A stretch of 58,171 bases of DNA, filler included, from Circinaria calcarea (lineage: Eukaryota): assembly GCA_051942165.1 (NCBI GenBank). It is 4 parts of 4 records of this genome, joined end to end, with 100 filler letters (N's around TTAATTAATTAA, not from the genome) between each part and the next. Parts side by side here need not be neighbours in the genome. Positions count along the whole stretch, not along the records: positions 29,155 to 43,617 come from JAVECS010000428.1; positions 43,718 to 58,171 come from JAVECS010000429.1; 2 more parts are not named here. One strand, 5' to 3'. This document shows, piece after piece, positions 34,746 to 47,336 of the stretch. The translations under genes were made by a program, and so were the position numbers. The notes beneath the pieces were generated by a model. The model was given only the letters and a program-made list of their open reading frames with translations. It did not search any database and was not told the DNA's origin. Numbering within the stretch: position 1 is the first letter of the stretch; every line of letters starts with the position of its first letter.

Positions 34746-37176
34746 TCACAGATACTTTATGGGCCTGTCTACCGGAAGTGAGGTTTGCGAGACACTTGGA
34801 AATAAGCCGATATTGAATCAAAATTGAGTGCACCACTCCGTATATTTCGTTTATCGATCCGGCTCACAGTCCATCTTTCCCTTTCATTTCTCGCCTGGAT
34901 GTAGTACTCAGTTCTCGGCATGCTCCCTGCCTTCTATTAAGCAGCTCCAAGTATTCTCCAGTCAACCCCCTTCTAGCGTCCCCTTCACGAATCCAACTAG
35001 GCTGAATGGTAAGGGAGAATCACTCACTGCCCTCGTGTAGCGTCTCAGCTGCGAATACACCCACAGAGGCGTCGCCCACGAGAAGAAAAGTACTACCCAT
35101 ACGTAACCCCGAGTCGTCTCTTTCCCCTACTTTCCGCCTTCGGGTACGGTCCGCTAGCTAATCAATCAACTTTCCCCGCGTCCATATTACTCCATCCTCA
35201 ACCATAATTCCCCCCGCAATGAGTGTGTATAACTGTACCGCTCAACTGTCCTGCCAGCACATGCCTGCGCAACCTCAATGGTCTGGCGCAGCACGCCACA
35301 GATTAGAAAAGCAAGGACAGGCTGCGTGTAGCGTGCGAGGACATCAAGTGTTGGCGGAACGCGCAGTGTCGAGGAGAGCTAGACTGAATCAGGCGTTTCA
35401 GGCTGTGGGCGCGTGCATGGATAAATTTCATGAATTTTCATAGATAGACGGGCAACACACGGGCAGGAGTAGTTATTGTCGCTAATACATACACGACACG
35501 GAGGACAGTCAGTACATGCAGAGCATATTCCTTCACAGTAGAACATCAAATGTGAGCCAGCAGGTGGGATAGTGGTAAACTTTCTTGCCCAGGTATTGGT
35601 CCAGAAGATGCTGCGGGGCCCACGCTGGTGCGGGAAATAGTGTTAGTTATTTCCACGAGGTGGGTAGGATGATGGCAGGACGGCAGTTTCTGCATACTGA
35701 CGCCAGAAGGGGCGATGGTGTACGAGTCGACAGGTGAGCCCAAGGTGGGGTTGATTGGCAAGGAGTAGGCCAGTTATTCGGTAGCAGCCTAAGAAGACAC
35801 GACCACTGCGGCGAAGGAAGGCTCGCCAGGACGGAATGTAGCCGGGGTAGCATGAGGTTCAGGGGGGGGATTGCAGTGATTTGAGATTGCAACCCAGGCT
35901 CCGAATTTTATCCTCTTCCAGATATTTGTCTTCGTTCCCTGGAGGGTTTAATCAGTCTCTTACCGAGAAGCACATCGCCCTCGCCCTTCTTCGTTTCATC
36001 GTGTGCTGGAGCCTCTGCGCTAGGGCCATTGTATTCGAAGCTCCACTGACTAAGCAGAGCTTTCTCTGGATAGTCCAACGGTTCCAGTGAGTACTTGGCC
36101 GGAAAGGAACCCTATCCCGGCTGAAGGCGTGGTATACAGGGTGTATGAGGGTAAGAGGTCATAATTGCAAGTGAGAAGCTTGGGAAAGAGTAGGGGGACG
36201 TAGGATAGACCCTGAAGGGTGAAGATGTGAAGGGGTGATGGGGTGATGGGGGTGAAAGCTAGAAAGGCGATGATGATGGATTTGGCATGGCGAGAAAGCC
36301 AAAGAAGGGAGGGGTGGATGGAGTAGTAGAAATGGAGGCGTAGACATGATCAGGTCGAGACGATGAAACATGAACGAGGGTGCTGGAAGACACCGAGAAA
36401 GCAGATGGTTAGACTAAACCAATCGACGGAGGCGTTCCCGGGCGGGGGAAGGATGGATTGGACTACCAAACTTTAGAACGTAGTAGGGGGCCTTGCCGCC
36501 GGCCGTTCCCGTCGCAAACGACCTAAGGTAATCAAGGTAACCAATCAAATCAATCTGTCGGCCGCTCCAATAATAAATTGCAGCACATACGTCACATATA
36601 CGCACACACACGCACATAGCGCTCGTACTGTTCCCGTGCTGGCTGCAATGTATTCTAGGGAGAGGTAAGAGGTACTTGCAGATAGTCCTTCCCACCCCGC
36701 CTGCATCGAGTCACTCAATAAAACCCCTTGTAATCTCTAACATGGTCTCCTTCCCTGCACCCATCCGCCCCCGCCCCCGACCTGCCTTGCATCTCCTGCA
36801 GTGAGACGTCGCTGGCATACGCCCCGCATCTACGGGTCCATCTCACTCAGCTCTGATTCATTCAACGGCGTCTGGAAACTGAACTCACCCACGTCATTCT
36901 CAGACATATCCTCCCGCCTCTTATTAAGGTTCATGCATGTCAACTTGCAGCACTGTCATCCTCCTTCGAGATATTCTGATTTGCTGGCTCGCTAACGTTT
37001 AGGCCCCCCCCCCCCCGGAAGCAACAGATCTATTCACCCTAATGGATATGGCTTTCAGGGTTGGGTCTATTCCCATTTCTTCTTGATGCGCGTATAAGTC
37101 TTCATTCTTCACAGTGTTCCTACGTTATAAATCAACACGCCTTCTTGATTTCCACCTAAGCTAGACGACTCGAGAA

Positions 37177-38508
37177 ATGTCAAGCACGAGTCCTGAACAT
37201 ATTAACCCAGGTTCGTTGATATTAGTTCCAGAGCCGACCTTCATTGTATGTTGAAGTCAGACCTTGCTGGTATCATTGCCAAGGTATCATTGCTTTGGCC
37301 AACGGCTAACACTTCAATAAGGGCATTGTGTGGACCTGCGTAGGCGTTTCGTTCTGCTTCATCCTCTTTAGGCTATACGTCCGCCTCCATGTCTTCCACA
37401 GAGTATTCGACGATGATCTCTTCGTTCTCCTTGCATGGCTTACGTTGATCACGTGTACTATCCTTTGGCATGTGCGGCAAACACTCGACATTGTCTATCT
37501 TTCCTTCTATGTGGGATATGGAGCGGAAGCGCCTCCCCCATATTACATCAAGCAGTTGACAAACTGGCTTCGTATTTTGTTTGCCGAGCTGTTCCTGAAC
37601 ATGGTCGGCCTATGGTGTATCAAATTCTCATTTTTGGCCTTCTTTCGTCGACTAGGTCATAAGGTCCAAGGACAGAAGATTCTATGGTGGGTTGTCACTA
37701 TACTTACAATCGCTGCCCTGGGTATCTCTGTAGGTGTTTCCTACTTCCCATGCATATTCGCAACCTTCGAATTCGAAACAAGTAAGTGAATCGTCGTCTC
37801 CGGTGGAATGGAGGTTAATCCGACTCAGCATTCTGCCCTACACCGGAAGCCGGAGCTGCAATCTACAGGTCCTATCGCATTCAATTTGGTTGCGATTTCG
37901 CAACAGACTTCCTCAGTGACGTCCATGTTCGCTTGCACATGAGGTACAAAAGCTGACTTGTTGCAGTTCTGCTTATTCCTGTAAAGCTCCTTTGGAAAGT
38001 TCGAATTAGTTTGCGCCAGAAACTTGGCCTCTTCGCCATATTCTTTCTTACGGCTATCACTATGGTCTTCTCCCTTGTACGGGTTGTTGTGGGCCTAAGA
38101 GCTGCTAGAGAAGACGACGTTTGGTTTTTCTTCTGCGCGACTATTGAGTTGACGATTGGTAAATATCACAGAGTATTTCCCACCACTAGAGTATTCAATA
38201 ATTTAATCCTATTTCTAGCAATACTGATCGCTTGTCTTGTCTCCTACCGCCCCCTGTTCGCGCAGGAGTCCAAGTCTGATATTCGAAATTACAACACATA
38301 TGCTGCCCCCAATCGCTTTCGCAAGGAAAGAGCCGATCGAAGTAACCCCTATACCGGAGTCGCCAATAGTACTACCAGCGCCAGCAGAGACGAATCAGGA
38401 AGTCAGAGCTCGACAGTCCAAGATAGGGTCGAGGTTGTGCCGTTGGACATGATTCGTGTCCAGAACGAGTTCACGATTCACTCGCCCCCTTTTAGCAAAG
38501 GTGGATAG
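37177..38508 (+). CDS. PTH11-like / fungal rhodopsin-domain integral membrane protein
   Basis: FRLYVRL..FDDD, WCIKFSFLAFFRRL, CDFATDFL, IPVKLLWKVRISLRQK, RV and IELTIAILIACL motifs. Confidence 0.88.
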
Positions 38509-38984
38509 AGGCAAGAATAATGTTTTATATAACTAGAGAAATTTGTAAACCTAGCGACGTTGGCTTTGGAGATGAAGAACTTCTAGATGGGTGTGGTTAC
38601 TTCTGCTCTACCTTCTTCTTATTGTGAGAATATGTAATCGCCATATATACAACCTAATCAAATTGATAGACGTGGGGACACAAAAGGACGAGATCTAAAA
38701 CGCTACTGCTGCCAAGAAGTTCCTTTAGCTAGTAGGCTATCTCAGTATCGTATGCAATTTTTGCCAGAATTCCTAAACGGGCGGAATCCTGCACTATGCC
38801 TCACAGACCCCCCAAGGCTTATGGGCCAGTGATACACACAGCTAATGATGGATATTTCCTATCCGTCTTTACTATTCACTCAATCCCCCCCCTCGCCTGT
38901 TGTCTTTCTTGAGTTGGTTTACTTTCTTCAAGCAACACTATCCTCTCTTCCCATTCTCCCGGACGTAAATTCCTTCCACGCACA

Positions 38985-39577
38985 ATGATTCACACCTCTG
39001 TTGAAATAGCGGCAAGCCCAGAGCGAGTCAGGCAGATAGTAACTCCCCACTTTCTCCATCCCCATCAATCTCCCGCTAAAGCCCTCTCGCCCTCAGTTAC
39101 TCGACTTCTCTGCGATGCCGACCTGGCAGCACTCCGGCTTCATAACCTCCATAGCAGCCACGGATCCCTCGAAAGCGCCAGAAAAAGATGCTACCATCTT
39201 TGGCGTCATGGGCGGCGTGAACTTTACCGCCGTCATCCTCGTTCGTGCTCCCAAAAGAACGTCCCTGCTCCTCTCCGTCATCCCTTTTACTGACCAAGCC
39301 CCGCCGCCCGTTTCAGGAATCCTCCCCGAGCACCTTCTCGTGGACCGGCCCGCCCCTCTACCACCTCTTCCGCGGTGTGCACACGTTCCGCTTCGAGGCA
39401 TCCGCGCGAACGCCGGGCGGGACAACGTTCACGCAGGAGGAGAGCTTCACAGGAGTCATGGCGTGGATGTTTGCGCCGTGGATGCCATTGGGGAAATTGA
39501 CCAAGGGGAAGTTTGAGGGGTTCAATGAGGATTTGAAAGCAGCGGCGGAGACAAAGGGTGGGGAAGAGGGGATGTGA
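38985..39577 (+). CDS. SRPBCC / polyketide cyclase-dehydrase-like small protein (3 exons)
   Basis: MIHTSVEIAASPERVRQI^LLDF...FSWTG...GVHTFRFE...TTFTQEESFTG...FEGFNEDLKAAAE. Confidence 0.85.
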
Positions 39578-40481
39578 GTGACGGAATTGGCAAGAGTAGG
39601 CTACAGGCAGTAAGTGGGACCTGTATCTGGGTGAGTGAGAGTTATCTGAGCGAGTATGGTTCTATTAGATCGCTATATTAGGTATATCATTGATATCTAA
39701 TCTCTACCTTATCGGCCCCGTACATGGCTCTGTTGGCAGGCTGGCAGGTACATGATAGCCAACCTTGCTAGATGACCGGCCTTTTTTTGTCAAGGTTTGA
39801 TACGAAGCAAAGTTAACATCTTCCGCTATCTGCTGCTGCTGCTCCTTCGTTTCTCCCCCGTCGCAGTCAACCGTCTGTCTTGGTCCTTCTCGTACGTCGT
39901 TTTTCTCCCTTTCGCATTTTCATGCAAAAGGATTCATCGGCCTTGCTTTGAGGACGGCTGAATCCTGTACACTGCGATGTGTTGTACTAAATACATCAGA
40001 ATCCCCGATCGTACGTCCCAGCAGGAGCCGCCAGGTATCCACAGGCATGGTAGTTTGATCATCGCCTCCAAAAACGCTTCTTGCAAAACGTCGGAGTATT
40101 GTCTCCCGTCCTGTGGATTGTGATTGTTTCAACAGCGCGTCTTTCCACCTTTTCAGAGCCACAGTAGGTTTTTAATTAAGAGAATAGAGCGACGAAAGCT
40201 TCCTCGGTCAGAACTGGAGGATGGGATTGAATGGTATGGGAAGGGGCGGAGCAGAGACGGCAGAGCATGTCTCGTTGATATCGCGCGGACCATGTAGTGG
40301 GGGACTTGATCAGTTCACGCCTATGCCTCGATGGAGGCGCTGAAACAGGGTCCGTGAAACTTTGGCAGTATGGGACTCCCCATGTGGTGAACAGGTCGGT
40401 CAAAAACAGAAGCCCATATCGAAGGACACTCGAACAGAACAGAAGCGGGGAGAAGGGCATCTACTGCGTACGAGCTTTTCC

Positions 40482-41879
40482 TCACGGTGTAGAGGCTCGA
40501 CTACCGAAGAACACGACTTGCACGGTAATGTCGTCCCTACGAAGACAGTGTAAGTAGACTGTTGTATGTACTATGGCGGACAAACAAAGGCTCACCGAAT
40601 ATTCCTTGAAAAGGGAGCTCGAAACGTAAGCATCCCGTGAAACAACTCCTCGTCAGCACCTCCCAATGCGTTTCTTGCCAAATGCGTTGCGGCATTAACA
40701 TCGACGACAGTGATAGACTCGGCGTGGACTTCCCACCACGCCACTTGGGACCTCAGGGGCAGACCAGAAGCTATTTGCTGCAAGTATGTGTTTTGCCGGG
40801 GTACTTGCTTCACCCCAGACTCGCGCTTCGCTTTCTTGTCGAGCCATTTGCCAACCAGGAGGACCGCCTGCTCGCTTTTCATGCGGTCCCACAGGCCGTC
40901 GCTTGCTAAAATCATGAAGTCCTTACCAGGTTGCACCTAAGTCAAGCTCACCACAGGTTTAGCTATCAAATAGGGAGGCGTGAGCGAACCCGGACGAGGG
41001 CCTCTAGCAAAGTAATTGTCTTTCATCATCTTCTGTATCTCGGTGCTGTATTTCCATCTACCGTCTCCGAAGCCGCGTGTGATGAACATACCAAGGACTG
41101 CATCATCCTGAATCATATCCGGCTCATTTGGATGCTCCTCCCGTAAGCGGGATGCCTCCGAACTATTATCCAGATTTTGGTCGGCTGAAAGAGCTGCCGT
41201 CTCCCATGTGCCGTCTTCTTTTCTGTGGCTAAGAATAGCACGAGAGTCTCCAACACATGCCACTCTGAGAAGACAAGAGATCGCGTCATATATGCCAAGG
41301 AGTGCGCAAGATCCAGCATATGCCAACGTCAGGAACGACAGAGCCTCGGATAGAGGCAAAGATGCCTGGACAGCAGCTGCTCCAGCATTAATTACGTCGT
41401 TATCCAGTTTTTCAAACGCAGTCTCAATTGCCTTGGTTACGGCTTCTTGAATTCCCTCGACCGGTGAAGTCTGATATGCAACTTCTAGCTCGTGGGATAC
41501 GTAGTCCATAAGCGAAATCCGTAGTTTGGTGGACATCTCCCAGCCCCTACCTGGATCAGAAGCTGTTCTAACAATGGCCTCCCCTCTTCGGGACTTACTC
41601 ATGTCCGTCGAATACACCCCAGAACATCACCGTCCTGTCATTTCCGCCTTCACCAGTAATAGTCAAGGCAGCATGAACCAGATCATCCTCTACGGGGAGG
41701 TTGCTCGGAACTCGAACAACATCGTACTGAGAGACTCCGAGTTCTTCTGGTGGCTTAGCGCTTGCCTCTTCTTCTCGTAGTTTAGCGTCCGCATCATTTT
41801 GATTCAATGGGGGAATTGGACGGAAGCCCTTTTCAAATTTTGGATTGAGCGGAAGGCTTATAGCGGTCGGTGACATCAT
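40482..41879 (-). pseudogene. PP2C phosphatase (pyruvate dehydrogenase phosphatase-like) with in-frame stop
   Basis: SNLPVED, FWGVFDGH, AGSCAL, ACVGDSRA, TRGFGDGRWK, TPPYL, ASDGLWD, NAATHL and R^DDITV motifs. A TAG at 40937-40939 separates two same-frame ORFs just before the DGLWD motif. Confidence 0.85.
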
Positions 41880-42422
41880 TGCCAGAGAGCAATTCGTTCT
41901 TGGGGACAACGGATTGTGATGGGAGCAATAGCAATGAATCTTTATAAGTTCTGCTACCACAACAGCAAGGCTGCTAGAAGTAGAGAGCAAGAGATTAGGT
42001 GAAGTAAGTCGTATCAAACAGTTCAAGATAGAAAGCTGGCCAAAGGATTGAAAGCAAGATAAAATGAGCTCCTTTGATTGCGGCTGTTTGGCATAGGGGC
42101 TTTTGGCCACTTGCTATGCTAATACAACCTAGAAGCTACTGCTACTTTACCATATTGTATTACCTGCAAAACGCCATGTCAACTGTATATTATCCTGCCA
42201 CGTGTGCTTGCAACTTACAGCTTGCATCCATGGGCTTACTGAGAAGTAGACGATGTCCGTGTATATATTACTAGGAATCTAGGAGAAGGGCTGCTGGAAC
42301 CAGCACAAAGATCTACTTGTTAGTATTCTGCACGCCTGGCCCATTCGGTCTCTTGTCAATCTCCCGTGCCTCACTGAGTCATGATGTAGTTGCCTTGTTC
42401 TCTGGCCAGCTCAAGAGCCATA

Positions 42423-43450
42423 TCATCCATGCTCGATGTTGGATGCAATTCTATCTTGGATCCTCGATATCCACTTGTCCCGGAGGATCTCAGGCTACTC
42501 AGCACGATCCACCGGTCGCGGCTAAAGCATCCTTCCGATGATATGACTGGACCCTGGCGGTAACCGTCGGAGGATACTACCCACAGTCGCTTTGATGACT
42601 TTGGTATCCTCTGGCCTTCCAATCGTACGACACTTCTGACCTCTGGAGACCGACTTCCCTCCACGCATCTCACGGACAGCTTGCCAAGAAAAAACCCCAA
42701 AATGGTTATCTAAGGCTTCACACGGGACTTGACAGTCTTCCAAGGGACGTCGGGTAGAATTATCCGACAGAAGCTCATGGCCAGTGCCCAAATATCAACT
42801 GGTCGCGGATCATATTTTGATATCTTATAAACCTCTAGCGGAAGGTAAGGTAAGGCCACGACTGGATCTGTTCTGGGATCAGATAAAGTCGAATGTTTCG
42901 GCGATAAAACAAAAACATACCCCAGTCGCCTTTTCTATTGTTTTGTCCAACCCTCGAAATTGATATAGGGTGCCAAAATCGATTAGTTTGACAGTGCCGT
43001 TCGAATCGAGCATAACATTGGGCACTTTCAAGTAGTGATGCGCAAATCCCCCAGCATGCCTATATGAAACGCCATCAAGGAGTTGACGATAGATACACAA
43101 TGCTTAAGGAACGGTCACCCCTTCCTCGCTGTTAATAAAACCGTAAAGACTTTGAGGATAGTACGGCATGACCATAAATCAGGTGTGGTTCCCACGCACA
43201 AGGTCCAGAATCTCGATGATTTTCTCGTATTGTAAAGATGTGGCAACTCTACACTCATGGTACACGCTGGAGCCAAAATCTTCTTCGTCTTCTTCATATT
43301 CGCCTTCGCCTTCCTCTTCCTTCTCGTATTCATCCGAGTAGACGAGCTCTTTGATTGCAAATGTCGCCGAATCCACATGACGTTTGGATGAAAGGACCAA
43401 GCCATCAGCGTCACCTTCTTTGAGTACGGCCACCCGCTCGCTATAATGTG
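42423..43450 (-). pseudogene. Degenerate Ser/Thr kinase (Hal5/Sat4/Hrk1-like)
   Basis: FAIKEL, HEC..ATSL, AHHYLKVPNVM (degenerate HRDLKxxN), [16 protein letters not shown] and HIIGRML, with several stops and frameshifts. Confidence 0.8.
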
Positions 43451-43617
43451 ATAGGCTCGAATCTCGAACAGCAAGACAAACACTAAAAAGGAAAGGATAG
43501 AAAAGCCAAGTTCAAAGGAAGCCGGAAAAGAATAACTACATATTGACGATAGGAGGGTAAGAAACTTGAGCGAAATATTTGATCGGACAGGTTAGAAACC
43601 ACAACAAAAACCCATGA

Positions 43618-43717
43618 NNNNNNNNNNNNNNNNNNNNNNNNNNNNNNNNNNNNNNNNNNNNTTAATTAATTAANNNNNNNNNNNNNNNNNNNNNNNNNNN
43701 NNNNNNNNNNNNNNNNN
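43618..43717. other. Artificial contig-joining spacer
   Basis: 44 N + TTAATTAATTAA + 44 N. Confidence 0.98.
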
Positions 43718-44148
43718 ATATAATCGAGGGAAAAGTGTATTTCTTTATGATCCTCGTCAAGATCCGAGCCTTGCGTATAAGCAACACCGTCCATAGGTCG
43801 TAGGATCAATGTTACAGATCTCGTTCCAGGGATGGTATTTTGGCTTTCGAGCGGATTGTATAAGGTCTGGAGGACCGTTGTCACCGCATCGGAGAGAACC
43901 GTGGCAGGATCGGTTGTCTTGAAAAACACTCGTGCGCCCTCATGTGTCAACTCATTGACCTTGAGAAGTAACTTTGGCGTGGGCATGCTAGGTTTGGGAT
44001 GTGGGCGGGTGAGCTGCTCATTATCATCCTTGGAGGCCGATGCGAGATGAGGGATGGGGGAGGCAGTTGGATCAGCAGGGGCGCGTGACATGGCAAGTGG
44101 TGTTGGGAGTGTCTTCAGGGAGTGGCTCGACGACGTGGTCCTTGTCAT
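43718..44148 (-). CDS. BSP (basic secretory protein) domain putative peptidase, 3' truncated
   Basis: PKLLLKVNELTHEGA...PGTRSVTLILRPMDGVAYT...HKEIHFSLDY. Start could alternatively be 44091. Confidence 0.8.
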
Positions 44149-44470
44149 TATCGTGGCCGCGGTCAACTTTAGGAACTCTGGGGATGCAGGTCTCAAACTG
44201 ATGGCCCAAGCTTCAGCGGTTGGATCTCAGGTAGCGCATCCGGGGAGCTGCAAGATGACGGAAATCCCGCATTTCTTGGCGAGCTTATCTGGGAGCTTGG
44301 ACCTTGACCGCGATTGCCATTCCCTGCATGGATGACTAGCATACGTCGTACAGGTTTTGAAACTGCAAGACTGTATTCCAGTTGCTATCACTTATTGACC
44401 AATAAACAAACACTACCAATGTTGATTGGATTGGTAATGCTGTACGCATATCAAAACTCATGACAGTAAT

Positions 44471-46210
44471 ATGGTATTAGCAACCCGCCGTCCAACGAGA
44501 GCCGAGTATCAGCTACTTATTTAGATTTCACAGGCATCCTTACTTCGCCAGATTGTAGCCAGCCCTCGCCTACGTAATCCAGAAGCCGGCCTTGATCTCT
44601 GCTACGTAACAGAAAACAGTACGAGCGTCTAGATCCTTTTTCCATCATTCAGGAATTGACATTCGTCCTTCCTAGTCATCGTAACCTCCGGTCCCTCCTC
44701 GACCTACCCTCAGCGGGCATATCGTAATCCTACAGACTCCCTCGTCAAATTCCTCGACTACAAACACAAGACTCACTGGTCAATATGGGAGTTCCGCGCA
44801 GAAGGCACAGGTTATCCCGACTCGGAAGTTCATGGTCGAATACGGCATTATCCATGGCCGGATCATCATCCTCCACCGTTTGCGCTTATACCAAACATTA
44901 TGGCTAGTATGCGGAATTGGCTCAGGGACCCTGATGCCACAACAGACGGAAGGGTGGTTGTAGTACACTGCAAAGCTGGAAAAGGGAGAAGCGGGACCGT
45001 GGCTTGTAGCTACCTGATCAGTGAAGAAGGGTGGAAGGCCGAGGACGCGCTCAGTAGATTTACGGAGCGGAGGATGAGGGTTGGATTTGGTGCCGGTGTT
45101 AGTATACCTAGTCAATTGCGATGGGTGAGCTATGTGGACCGGTGGACGAAGTACGGTAAGATGTACGTGGAGAGACAGGTTGAGATTCTCGAAGTACACG
45201 CTTGGGGGCTACGAGACGGCGTCAAAGTTTCCATACAAGGGTTCGTCGATGAAGGGCGGACAATCAAGACTTTCCATGTTTTCGACAAACAGGAGCGGAT
45301 ACTGGTCGACAACACGACCCATTTCAACGGACACTTTGCCGAGCCCACAGACCCGGTCAACGAGAAAGAAAACCTAGCAACATCCCAAATTAGCAATACG
45401 ACCGAATCTTCTCCTACCTCCTACGCTGGCTCTGAAGTCGGTGGTCCAGCCGTTATCTTCCGCCCCTCCACCCGCGTCGTCCTCCCATCCAACGACATTA
45501 ACATTGACTTCGAGCGCCGCAACCGCGCTACCTATGGCTGGACCATGGTAACCGCCGTCGCTCATGTCTGGTTCAACGCCTACTTCGAAGGACTCGGCCC
45601 CGAGAATTCCGGTTCAGCTTCCCCATCAGGAGTATTTGAGATACAATGGGATGCCATGGACGGTATCAAGGGAAGTAGTCGAAAGGGCACACGAGCACTG
45701 GATCGATTGGCTGTTGTGTGGAGAGTCCTGGATGCTGAAGAGGGGTCAGCGAGGGTTGTTCCGGAACCAAAGACCGGGGAACCAGTGCCGGAGATGGAGC
45801 CGGCCGATTGGAAAGGGGCGAATAAAGGGAGTGGGGAGTCAAGGAAGGAGTTGGGAATGAGGGCTGAGAGTCCAGGGAGCGTAGCAATGAGTAAAGCCAG
45901 CAGTCTGGAGGATATGCGTTTGGAGCAGACCATCGAAGATGATGACGAGCTGGCGGGCGTGCAAACGCATGGATCCGACGATTCTCAAAATGGCGTCCCT
46001 TTGGATGCAACGCTCAATTTTGATGGATCGCTACGACTATCGAGTGAGCATGGAAGCAGGGGAAAGGTAGGCTTGGGTACAGTCGCTGAAATCGTCAGCG
46101 GAATGAAACACATCCGCACTAACGAGCTGCCCGGTGGACGGCCGGAAGAGGAGATGCAGACGTCGGAGCAGAGCAGTTTGGGAAAGGTATCTAGGGAGAA
46201 GAAACCGTAA
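44471..46210 (+). CDS. TEP1: PTEN-like phosphoinositide phosphatase
   Basis: ASLLRQIVASPR..AGLDLCYVT, YRNP, WPDHHPPPF, catalytic HCKAGKGRSG and SIPSQLRW. Start codon exon is tentative. Confidence 0.92.
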
Positions 46211-47336
46211 GGCGAATTCCTTGGACGGTCGGGGACTACAGAAGAAACAACATTGGATGCCCGGTTGTCGATAAGACTATGGCGTTTGAAATTCGGCTTC
46301 CGAGCACATCTTTCTTCGAATCTGAAGCATGGCGTCGGTGAGCGCGGTGTGAAATATCTGGCAGATGTAGGATAGAGCCATTTTGTACGAGAAAGAAGGA
46401 GCATTACGCCGAGATCAGACCAAAGGCGTTTTTAGATTATATCCATCTGGAATTGGCCTGGAGGGACTATGTTTGGATTCGATACGGCACTACTCGACCA
46501 CAGAATTATGTTCAGATTTCCCCCAGTTAAAACTTCATCGTACCTGGGATCTATAAAGTCCTTGGAGAAAATTCCCAGTGAGTCAAATGAGACTTGGGTG
46601 TTTCGCAAACCAAACACCCCAAAATTCCTCCATCTATCCTACACCAGCAAAACCTCATTTCCACCTCGAGTATCTGAAAGGAGACCGAAGGCCGCGTTTA
46701 CCCCATTTTTCAATGTGCAGTATAGCACACCGTCCATACGGAAAGGACTTTTACATATAACCCCAGAAATTTTCCCATGAATTGATTACCTATCTGTCTT
46801 GAGGAATTTGTTTGGGACAAGTACCGCATAGAACCCCACAGGGTACCAAGTGCAAAGCACTACACACCACACATTTTACTGTCCAGTAATCTCCGATGGC
46901 TATCTCCGATGTGGCTTTGACAAGAACATTTACCTAGGGGATATTAGTATTTGATAAATTGGGAGTTAGGGAGAATGATAGGGAAATTGAAAATGCTTTA
47001 TGGTAATGGGGGCCGAATTGCTTCTTTTTCGGATACGAGGGTAGGAATTATGATGGTAAAACATCGGTAGGGGTGAGCTATAGTTATCCGTTCGAACTAC
47101 AGTATCTGGGATTTTTGGGGAGTAGATTAGTGATAATACACCAATATGCACTTCCAGTGTGCTTGAATTGGGGTCTAGTTTACTGGATAATATTCATCTT
47201 TCCTTTCTAATACCGGTTGTTTTATTCACTTAAAAATAAATCTGTTGCGATACACGAATGACCAAACCCACTAACTAGTCTAGAATATTAAATAGTATAC
47301 AAAAACCACTTTCAATCCCTCCGTACCCTTCCGTCA

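Noticed and set aside
34830..37000. Short ORFs between the P450 and the PTH11-like gene
   Set aside because: No coherent exon chain or recognisable motifs.
14579..39577. One large biosynthetic cluster joining the Diels-Alderase/MFS genes with the P450 and SRPBCC genes
   Set aside because: The two groups lie on different contigs separated by an artificial spacer.
13752..40939. TAG recoding or A-to-I stop correction to explain the in-frame TAGs at 13752, 18267 and 40937
   Set aside because: TAG is used as a normal stop in intact genes here, and two of the three genes also carry frameshifts. C>T or G>A substitutions are sufficient.
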